Positions 1 through 10,612 of a stretch of 64,000 bases of DNA are shown one piece after another. The stretch is from Blastocystis sp. Blastoise. Taxonomy: Eukaryota > Protista > Bigyra: Opalinata. The notes under the pieces were generated by a model, which was not told the origin of the DNA, ran no database searches, and was given only the letters and a program-made list of their open reading frames with translations. Positions within the stretch are counted from its first letter, which is position 1, and the number at the start of each line of letters is the position of its first letter. Made by a program: the position numbers and the translations under genes. The stretch covers positions 62,001 to 126,000 of the forward strand of contig JBBPEB010000033.1 of assembly GCA_039096225.1 (NCBI GenBank). The letters run 5' to 3'.

Positions 1-281
1 AATACTGAGTTTAACGTTTTAAAGTCGACATGTGTGTTTGGTTTGTTTACTTTTAATTATTAAAATTGAGTTTAAATTGATAAATTATGTCAGACACGTC
101 TATATTGATTGATTCAAACAGTTTAGAGATAATTTATTTGTTTGAGTATAAATAGATTTGTTCTCATTGTGACTGTTGTTGAGAAGAGGAAGTCTAAAAA
201 AACTATAAAAAGTTAGATATATATATATAAGGTCAAAATTGAAAAGTATAAATTAAACTGGATTAAAATAAATTAAAAAAA

Positions 282-358
<77 letters not shown>

Positions 359-391
359 GTGAATAAAATATTAAAAAATAAAAAAATAACA

Positions 392-457
392 CTTTATGTC
401 AGGAATTGAACCTGAAAACAATCTATATGATTGTTTCTCTCCTTCTAGAGCATAAAA
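392..457 (-). ncRNA. tRNA-like cloverleaf, copy 1 (non-canonical)
   Basis: Minus strand reads TTTTATG-CTCT agaagg AGAG-AAACAATC atata GATTGTTT-TCAGG ttcaatt CCTGA-CATAAAG. It has four stems, GG in the D-like loop, a perfect B box (GGTTCAATTCC) and a T-run just downstream. Confidence 0.7.
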
Positions 458-481
458 GGAGTTTATAAATAATAATAATAA

Positions 482-1028
482 TCAAATATATATATATATA
501 TATATATAATAAGAAGGAAATGAAGTGGAAGGATGAGGAAGAAGGAAGTAGGAAGGATTAGGAAGAAGAAGTAAGAATAAGGAAGGATGAGGAAGAAGGA
601 TGAGAAAGAAGGAAGTAAGAAGAAGTAAGAATAAGGAAGGATGAGGAAGAAGGAAGAATCCAGAATGAAGAAGAAGTAAGTAAGAAGAATCAAAGATGAG
701 GAAGAAGGAAGAAGGAAGTAGGAAGTAGGAAGCATGAATGAAGAATGAAATAGGAAGAAGGAAGCATGAATGGAGAAGGAAATAGGAAGAAGGAAGAAGG
801 AATGAAGAAGGAAATAGGAAGTAGAAAGAATGAGAAAGAAGTAAGAAGGAAGAAGAAAGAAGAAAAAAAGAATAAGAAGATTTTAAACCTATATAAAATA
901 GAAAACATATAAAAAAGATAATATAAATAATTAATAAATACATAAATAAATATTAAAAATAAATAAATAAACATATAAAATAAATAAATAATAATAAATA
1001 AATAAACATATAAATATAATAAATATAA

Positions 1029-1067
<39 letters not shown>

Positions 1068-1484
1068 AATAAATAAATAAATAAATAAATAAAATAAATT
1101 TAATAAATAAAATATAAATAAATAAAGAAACAATAAATAACAAAAATAATAAATAAAATATAAATATATACATATAAATCAACCTGAAACCACAGATTTA
1201 AAAGAAAGACATGAAAAAACGAAGAGTATAACACACACATCAGTTACATTTTCTTCCCTATAGAATAAAAATAACTAATAATCTATTGATTAATTATATA
1301 TAAAGAAAATATAAACCAAAAAGATAATAAAAAAAGAAACAATTAAAGAAACAAATGAATTAAAAATGAAATATTATAAAAAATATATATATTTATATAC
1401 CTGACACTAAATAAACCATTTCATTTAACCAGGACCACTTCAAGAACCACTAACCATGACAACCAAGGCAAATACAAGAGAATC
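482..1484 (-). pseudogene. Degenerate or unusual phase-1 micro-exon gene ending in an FLLPHPS-type repeat exon
   Basis: AG|G...G|GT bounded exons at 1484-1401 (84 nt, one in-frame TAG) and 1257-1184 (74 nt; open if one G is added to a homopolymer). An acceptor at 888 is in frame with ORF 482..943. Confidence 0.4.
510..880 (+). repeat. Purine-rich degenerate GAA/GGAA tandem repeat
   Basis: gaagaaggaagtaggaag/gatgaggaagaagg units repeated throughout. Confidence 0.8.
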
Positions 1485-1839
1485 CTATAAAGAAGTGTAT
1501 TATTTTAAATAAATAAATTAGTATATAAATAGATAAATATAATACTAAGTTAAATAACTTTAAATAAATAAATAAAACACACTAAGTCAATCAATACAAT
1601 AAAATATTTAAAAAAGAGTAAAGAACTATGTTTTTTGGGTACCCAAAATGATTTTAAACCAGAATGACCCAATTATTACTTTTGTAATAAAATCAATGAA
1701 AAATTAAGGCTATTTTTGATTTCTATTATGTTTTAAGAAGCATATTTTAAAAATAGACCCTATTATATTTATTAATTCAAATGAAATAGGATTGTTAAAT
1801 ACATAATCTAATACTCATTTATATATTAAATTATTAATT

Positions 1840-3144
1840 ATGATGTCTAAGAACAACAAAATTGCTTCAAGGTGGAGGTCTGGAAATAAAAAATAATTTA
1901 TATTTCAAAGAAAATCAGGTATATTGTATCTATTTGTTATTAGTATTCATATTTAGGTTCTTCTACTCAATAAAATCCAGTTGTGTATGCTCTTGGTCTT
2001 GGTGGTACTTGCTATGATGGTCTTTAAGGTATATATTTTTCCATTTCTTTTTTTTTTAATTATTTATTATATTATTTTAGGTTCTTCTATGCTATTTGAA
2101 TTATGCAGTGGTGGTGGTGTTGCCTGTTATGCTAACTGTGAAGGTATGTTGTCAATGATTTGTTTTTATTTTTTTAACTTTTCTTTATTTATAGGTTCTT
2201 CTGTTATTGTAAGTGATTCCAATAGTGATATCGGTGTTGATGTAGGTTCTTCTTGCTTTATAGATGGTATGTTACCAATCATTTATTTTTTTTTTATATT
2301 TTATTATTATTTTTTTATTATTTCTATATATATATAGGTTCTTCAGTTGTTGTACATGTTAACAGTGATGTTGATAATAGATGTCTGTGTGGTGTTGAAG
2401 GTATGTTGTCATTCATTTATTTTTTTTTTTACTTTTATATATATAGGTTTGTTTTATTGATGTAAATGTTGCTGTTGATGTTGTTGGTGATCAGGTAGAC
2501 TGCTCATATGATATTAAAGGTATATATATATTGTCATTCATTTATTATTATTTTTTTTTTATTTATTATTTGTCTATTACTGTTTCTTTATAGGTTATTC
2601 TACTGTTGTGGTTGTAGTTGCTGAACGTATTAATGATGAAGGTTGTCTACTTTTTAAATTTAATTTAGTTTATTATTATTTTTATCTTATATAGGTCGTT
2701 CTTTTCTTATGGAGTCTTGGATTAATAGTAATAATGATACAGGTATATTCTTATTTCTTCCTTTCTTTTTTTTTGATTTATTAATTATCTTTTCATTATA
2801 TATAGGTTCTTCAAGTCAGTTAAGATATCATGGTGATTCCTCTGTTCCTTCTTTAGAAGGTATATATATATATTTATTGTTTATATATATTTTATCATTT
2901 ATTATATTATATATAGGTGTCTTTTCTAATAGGGGATCTTATCACCCTAATGTTAGCTTTCATTTTAATAATAAAAATGTATCTAAAGGTATATATATAT
3001 ATATATAACAAATATTTATAATATTTCTTTTAATATATATATGTTAGATATATTTATTATACTATCTCTTATTATATATATATATCTTTTATCTATATAG
3101 GTTCTCTTAGTGTTATGGTTATGTTTAGATTTTTTTTTTTTTAG
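1840..3144 (+). CDS. Micro-exon gene (11 exons, nearly all symmetric phase 1-1), possibly pseudogenised; unknown Gly/Ser/Val/Cys-rich product
   Basis: Exons 1840-1918, 1957-2028, 2081-2143, 2195-2266, 2338-2400, 2447-2519, 2594-2641, 2695-2742, 2806-2859, 2917-2988, 3101-3144. All internal exons are flanked by TAG|GT and G|GT; 8 of 9 are multiples of 3. There are three in-frame TAA codons and one +1 T frameshift. Confidence 0.6.
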
Positions 3145-4607
3145 TTCTTTTTCTTTTTCTTTTGCTTATTATTATTATTATTTTTCACATTTAATAGCTT
3201 TCTATTATCTGCTTTCTTTATATTATTTATTTATTTATGCTGTTGTTATCGTTTTAGCTATTCTATATTTAAATGTTTTCTTTTGCTATTTTTGTTTTGT
3301 TCTTTTTCTTTTTTTTTTATTTAAATTGTGTCGACTATTAAGATAATTCTTGAAATACTTAGTATGTTAAATAGTGTCAAGTTTTTAAATATTTGAATTA
3401 AATTTTAAAACATTTATTGTCACTTTTAACACTGTATAGTATTACTGATTTAAAACTGTCAATAATTGAGATATTTAAGTTTTGAGTTTCTCTGTTTACT
3501 CGCATTTATATTTACATAATTTTGTGAACGTATTAACTCATAAAAGTAACTTTAAGGTTGTAAAATAAAAAATATTATCTTAAAATAGGAGATTCGAAAT
3601 TCTAATAGAAGTTTAATATATAATAAGCTAAATTCTACAACATATTAAAAAATAAGAGAATTTCATTTTTGAAAAGTGAATTAACAATGTGTTTGAGTTG
3701 TCTAGAAATTTTAAAGAGTTAGTATATTCTTTTAAAATTGTGTTTTCATTAGACTATGAAAATTTTGACTTTTAAAAACAAGTTTAAAGGGATTAATATT
3801 TTTAAATGTAGAAATGAATTATCCAAAGGATGAGATTCAATATAAAATATTTTATTTATCAAACTATGAATTATATTCTAAATTATATCAAAAGAAAGGA
3901 CAAAAATACACTTGACAAAGTGTATGACCAAATGTAAAATGTTTATAAAGAGTGTCAAAATGGTGACTCTTATGTTGATAGAGTTATGATGAGTATAATG
4001 TTATAATATTAGCTTTTAAAATTAATTATAAGTGTGTCAACCTTTCAAAATGTGTTAAAAATGATCTTGAAGTCAGAGATTCAAGACATTAAACTTGAAT
4101 TAATAAATAAAATAATGAGATCTATACTATGTGAAAGTTATGTCTAAAACTATTTTGATACACTTGATATCGAAATGGTAAAGTCTCTCTAAAAGTAATA
4201 TTGTTGACACTTTTGTGTTTAGAAATGCTATTTAGATTGAATTTATTAATATTAATTCAAAAACTTTGTGTTTAAGTTGTTAAAGTCAAAATGAATGTTG
4301 ACTTTGTTGTGTTAGATTTGTTTTAGTTTTATGAAATGATTAAAATAAGTTTATGCTATTTTATTATAATCTATTTAAAATGATTTTACAACATAAAAAT
4401 ATTTTTCAATACTTAACATTATGACCCATTTCTAAATTTATTAGCTTTAGAAACTCCATAATAATTAAAGCAGTAACTCAACTATTTATAAATACAAAAT
4501 ATATTTTTAAAATAATAAATAACAAATATAATGATTCAAAAAGGATTTCTTATTTTCTTCAAGTATTGTTTTTAGTTTTTCAGATACTATTCAAATAATC
4601 TATTTAG

Positions 4608-4677
4608 TTCTTATATCAGGAATTGAACCTGATTACAATCAATAAATGATTGCTACTCTCCATATAGAGTATAAGAA
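4608..4677 (-). ncRNA. tRNA-like cloverleaf, copy 2 (non-canonical)
   Basis: Minus strand reads TTCTTATA-CTCT atatgg AGAG-TAGCAATCA tttat TGATTGTAA-TCAGG ttcaatt CCTGA-TATAAGAA. The T arm and D stem are identical to copy 1, and the acceptor stem shows compensatory changes. Confidence 0.7.
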
Positions 4678-4845
4678 GTGTTATTAAAATAATATATATA
4701 ATATATAATATATAATATATAATAAGTAACATATTATAGATAATATTTAATAAATAATATATATTATATAATATATAATATATAATATATAATAGATAAA
4801 AAGGAAAGAAAGTAAATAAAAACCAAACAGTTATTATTCATTGCA

Positions 4846-4882
4846 GCCGCGGTCCGGTGCCGTTAGGCCCCGGACCTGCGGC
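4846..4882. other. Isolated GC-rich stem-loop
   Basis: GCCGC/GCGGC, GGTCCGG/CCGGACC and GCC/GGC pair around a GTTA loop, set in extremely AT-rich flanks. Confidence 0.8.
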
Positions 4883-5024
4883 GTGACCCTAGTAAATTTA
4901 GAAAATAAACAATTCGAGAACTACCTCAACCGTATTCAACAAAATAGAAGAAATACAAATAGTATTATAGTATTCATATCAGCATGAATGTAAGATGTAT
5001 ATAGATAATAAGTTAAAGGGAGTT

Positions 5025-5820
5025 CCCTGGCCTGGCCCTGGCCTGGCCCTGGCCCTGGCCCTGGCCCTGGCCCTGGCCCTGGCCCTGGCCCTGGCCCTGG
5101 CCCTGGCCCTGGCCTGGCCCTGGCCCTGGCCTGGCCCTGGCCTGGCCTGGCCTGGCCCTGGCCCTGGCCCTGGCCCTGGCCTGGCCTGGCCGGCCTGGCC
5201 TGGCCCTGGCCCTGGCCCTGGCCCTGGCCTGGCCCTGGCCCTGGCCTGGCCCTGGCCCTGGCCCTGGCCTGGCCCTGGCCCTGGCCCTGGCCTGGCCCTG
5301 GCCTGGCCCTGGCCCTGGCCCTGGCCCTGGCCCCTGGCCCTGGCCCTGGCCCTGGCCCTGGCCCTGGCCCTGGCCCTGGCCCTGGCCCTGGCCCTGGCCC
5401 TGGCCCTGGCCTGGCCCTGGCCCTGGCCCTGGCCCTGGCCCTGGCCTGGCCTGGCCCTGGCCCCTGGCCCTGGCCCTGGCCCTGGCCTGGCCTGGCCTGG
5501 CCTGGCCTGGCCCTGGCCCTGGCCCTGGCCTGGCCCTGGCCCTGGCCCTGGCCCTGGCCCTGGCCTGGCCCTGGCCTGGCCTGGCCCTGGCCCTGGCCTG
5601 GCCCTGGCCTGGCCCTGGCCCTGGCCCTGGCCCTGGCCTGGCCCTGGCCTGGCCCTGGCCCTGGCCCTGGCCCTGGCCCTGGCCTGGCCTGGCCCTGGCC
5701 CTGGCCTGGCCTGGCCTGGCCCTGGCCCTGGCCCTGGCCTGGCCTGGCTCCTGGCCTGGCCCTGGCCCTGGCCCTGGCCTGGCCCTGGCCTGGCCTGGCC
5801 TGGCCCTGGCCTAAACCTGA
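5025..5820 (+). repeat. Telomere-like tract (CCCTGG/CCTGG)n, probably miscalled (CCCTAA)n
   Basis: About 790 bp of irregular 5- and 6-mers ending in CCTAAACCTGA. CCCTGG is a known nanopore basecalling substitution for CCCTAA. Confidence 0.75.
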
Positions 5821-5843
5821 ATAATAATTGAATTGAAATATTA

Positions 5844-5969
5844 GAAGAGATAAATCCTTTGCAGACGACTTAAGTATAGAACTAGGTATTGTAAGTAAAT
5901 TTTTTTTTTTGAGAGTAGGCTTTGTTCTACGATCTATTGAGATTCAGCCTTTTAGTTCTTTTGATTTGT
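5844..5969 (+). rRNA. 3'-terminal fragment of LSU (28S) rRNA gene, 5'-truncated
   Basis: TAAATCCTTTGCAGACGACTTAA...GGTATTGTAAG...GAGAGTAG...CTACGATCT...TGAGATTCAGCC...GATTTGT matches the conserved eukaryotic LSU 3' end. Confidence 0.9.
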
Positions 5970-6044
5970 AATTTATTTATTTTTTTTATTTTTTTGTTTT
6001 ATTGATGTAATGGAGATTTATTTGTTATAGGAAAATGTTGTTGT

Positions 6045-6592
6045 GGTGTTATATATATGTGATTGTTATATATATATATATATGTGTGATTGTTATATAT
6101 GTGTATGTTATATATATATGTGATTGTTATATATGTGTTATATATATATGTGTTATATATTGTAAATGTATAGTATATGTATAGTATATAGTATATATAT
6201 TCTATATATAGTCTATATATACAATATATATTTTATATATATTCTATATATATATTCTATATACTCTATATACAATATATACTATACATATAATCTATAT
6301 ATATAGTCTACATATACTCTATATAGAATATATATACTATACATATATTTATATATACTATATATATACTCTATATACAATATATACTTTACATATAAAG
6401 TATATATAGAGTATATATAGAATATATATACTATACATATATTCTATATATACTCTATATATAGAATATATATACTATACATATATTTATATATATTCTA
6501 TATATACTCTATATGTACTATACACACTATATATACTCTATATATACTCTATATAAAATATATATACTATACATATATTCTATATACACTAT
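6045..6592. repeat. Degenerate TA-based satellite, probably 3'ETS/IGS
   Basis: Repeated tatatactctatat, tatactatacatat and tgtgattgttatatat units directly after the LSU end. Confidence 0.75.
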
Positions 6593-9500
6593 AATAAACT
6601 TTAAAAAACATTATTTTTTTCTTTTTTTAAAATTAAAATAAAAACATTAAATACTATTTCAAAAAACAACAAACATTATTAAACAACAATAATAATAACA
6701 TTAATCATTATATATTCTATAAATTAACTTAACAAATAAAAAATAATTATATTTTAATTATGTTCCAAAACACAATTCATAATTATTCTCTATAATAATA
6801 TAAAAATAATTTCATTTAATAATACTATTCCATCTATATTCTTCTTAGAATTCTATACCATTCGATCAATCTTTTCAAAAAATTTTAAAACAAAATAAAA
6901 ACATTTCTATTCCCTTTTTAACCACTTTCCCATCATTTTTTCAACATTCTTATTCGAATCATTTTTCATTAAAATTCAATTCTCTATTCAAATATCTATT
7001 CAAATATCCATTTTAACACCATTTTAACTCACTTTTTCAATCATTTCACTTTTTCATCATTCTTATTTATCATTTTTATACTCTTTTTATACTATTAACT
7101 ATTTTTTTTAGTAAATAAAATATTTCATAAAATCGAATTCTCTATCGAATAAATGTGTTTTTAGCTCACCAAAATCAACCAATCATTCACTTTTTCACTA
7201 TTTTTATTCTTTTAGAACTCTTTTCATGCATTTTTAACTATCTTCTAAGAACATTCTTTTAGAATTCTTTTTAAAATTAATTTCTATATTCTCTAAACTA
7301 TATTTATATACTTTAAAATCTTTAAAAAATTATTATTTTTTGTAAACTAGTTGTTAATCGGCTCTTCAAAATCTTCTAAAAAGATATTCTCTTTTATTTA
7401 TTTTCATTTATTATATTATATTAATATATTATATGATGATATATATATATTTTATACATATATATAATATAATAAGTCAACATGTATTTTCATTCACTTA
7501 CTCATTTGTCATATTATCTTACATTAACTACATATATATCTCCATCATATTCTTCTCCTTCTTTTTACATTTTTTTCTGCTCCGCAGAACCATTTATTTA
7601 CCCCTTTTTTACCCCTTTTTTACCCTTTTTTACCCATTAGACGTGTCACTTTGAAGGCTTATAACTCTGTGAATTTTACGAATTAAGACTTGAAAACAAC
7701 TGCATTCGACTCAGCTCAACGAGTACTATAATCCTGTGCTTTTTCATCACATAACTCCTACTCTAACACATTCTTTTCTTTTCTTCTTTTTATCATACTT
7801 TACAAAAATTCTGAATTTTTTCAGAAAAATTTTTCAGCTTTCTCTCTCCAAACCACTCTAAAATCAATCAAATTTCAACACTTTTTCTCTTTCTCTCTCT
7901 CTCTTCTCTCTCTTTTTCTCTTCTTTTCTTCTCTTCTCACACTCATTCACTACCTTTATCAACGTTTTATACTCTTTTTATCACTTTTTTCACTTTTTAT
8001 CAATTTTTAACCATCTTACACTCACTCTCACACACTCTCTCTACTCTCTTTTTATACATCTCTCAATTCCACTACTTTATTATTTAATAAACATTTTTGA
8101 TTTATCTAACAAAAAACATACTTTTATAGATATTTTCTTTTTTTTTATTTTTCTATTTTTCATTCAACTACTATATAACTCTTCTTTTTATTCATCATCA
8201 TATTCTTTTTTATTACTCTATTCTACACTTATGATTATTATCATTCTTATTCTACATTAAAAACGATTCACTCATTTAATCATTTCTAAAGTTTTATACA
8301 TGTTTAATCTATTTTTTTAATATTTCTTTTAAATACTATAAAACTTTTATATTTATTTCATATAATCATATATTATTTATATTATAATATTACCTTTTTA
8401 TATTTATTAATTAAATCTTAAAACATATTGTTTATTATGTATAAATAATAAATATATTAAATATTATCACTTGTGCAATAATTATTTAACATTTGAAACT
8501 AGTTAACTTCGTTATTAAATACTATTATTATTCATTTTCTTACATTATTTTATGTCAATATTATTTTATTATCTATTTTATAAACATCATTTATCTAAAG
8601 AAATCAATAGTTTTCTACATAATCAGCTATAGGAAAATTTTTTCTTATATTTACTATATTTATTACTCTATGGATTATTTATTTACATAATCTATTTTTA
8701 TATTATTCTAAATTAATTCTTTAATTATAATATATTATATATTAAACAAAACGGTTTAAATTCATAAATATTTTTTTTTAATAATTTCCATTTCATTCCA
8801 CTATTACACAACCTTTCATTTATTTTTTATGATTATCTTTTGATATTATCTTATTGTTACCACTCTATATTTACTTTAGTTATCAATCATTATTATTTAA
8901 TGAAGTTACTACTTTTATAGATATCTTAATTGGCTCCATTTAATATACTCCCTCTCCATATATATACTTATATATATATTGTTATTAATATATATTACTT
9001 CAATCATATCATAATAATATATATCTTTATTAATAATTCATAATAAATTTCTTTTACAATAATAATTACTAATGTATAGACTATCGTCAACGTTATAACG
9101 AATAGAATTTTTAAATAAAAACAAAAGAATCATTCATCCACATACTCATGAATAATTAACATTAAATTTTTAAATAATATTAAAATACTATGTATTTACG
9201 TTCATAATTCAAGCAAGAACTTATTTTTTTGAATGTTATGAATACATAGATTATCAATTAGAACAATCATCGAATTCATATCAACCCTATAAATATTATT
9301 ATATTAATGTAACAAAAATATATGTATATATAATTAGAGAATACAAAAGCTACCTATATACCTTGTTATATAATGAATAAATATATTTATTCAATTCATC
9401 TCATTCACACATATATTCAAGAATAAAACATCTAAAAGAATAGTACATACTATTTAAAATGACACTTTTACGACGAAAAAAAATATCATAATTCAGTTTC

Positions 9501-10612
9501 ATCGTCGATTTATATTCTATATTTATTACACACTATTTATTAATATAAATGAATATATATATTGACCACCTAACATAAATCACAACATATCATTTCTAGT
9601 CATCACAAACTTATTCATAAATATACCCAATAATCCGCGAATTATCTATTGACACTTTCGTTTCCATCAAGCAAATAATTAAAACACAACTTCTTCTTTA
9701 AACAATGAAAGAATTTTTAAGTTTCTCAATAAACATTCTATCAAATCTAGCTATAAATAAACATTATGGTAGTAATTACTAAAAAATAAATGTATTTTTC
9801 AAAACATATAAATATATATTTTTCAAAACATATAAATATTAAAAAAAAAAAAACAAATCAAAAAAAAAAGAATTATAAAAATAAATACTTTTTCTACTTT
9901 TATATTCATATTATATCTTCTAATTATTTTCACGAATCTCTAAACTCAAACTAGGCTTCCATCGACAGTCACATCTTTCAATATTCAAAAGAAAACACGT
10001 ATATCATGCCATCAATTCATATTCCATCATTTATACGCCTAACCATAGCCTATCTATATCCTAAACAATATTTAAATAGTAAAAAATCATACTCATTTCT
10101 TAATTATATTATTTTTAACATGAATCTTCTTATACCTTAAACAATTCTTATTGATCACTTCTTAAATATTTGTTTAAAAACTATATAAATTTTACTATAC
10201 AAATAACTCAAACAACTCCTTGTTAAATTTGAGAAATATTATTTTTAAATTTGATTGGTTTATTTATTCAAGACATTTTCAAAATAATCGAATGATACAT
10301 TTCATAAATATTTTGAAAAAGCTCGTAGACTTTTCGATAAAATCACAAAACTAAATCTCCATAATTATTTACAAAAAGTCTCTTGTATTTCTAGAAATAA
10401 TCTCGATTCTAGATTTTTTTCCTGATGATTCTCTAATCAATTCCTGGGGAAGACTCGGTATTCTCCATAGTTTTATTAAAAAGCCAAAGAAATTTCTCAA
10501 ACACTAGAATTGAGGAATGATTCATATTTTCTTTTTATATATATTGATATAAACGATGAAGAATTTCATATTCTTTTTCTATATTTTGATTGCCTATGGT
10601 ATGTAGTTATTC

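Noticed and set aside
510-880. GAA-rich tract as a second miscalled telomere (CTTCTT artefact)
   Set aside because: It has higher-order ~27-30 nt structure and stays open in a frame matching a splice acceptor. An artefact is not fully excluded without raw reads.
1957-3110. Repeat-spacer periodicity suggestive of a CRISPR array
   Set aside because: The recurring parts are spliceosomal splice sites and T-rich introns of variable sequence, the context is eukaryotic, and there are no cas genes.
4843-4853. GCAGCCGCGGT resembles the universal SSU rRNA motif
   Set aside because: The flanks do not match SSU rRNA, and the bases are one arm of a local hairpin.
4995-5831. 278-aa ALALA/WPWP/GPGP ORF
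   Set aside because: It is simply the translation of the CCCTGG repeat tract, not a gene.
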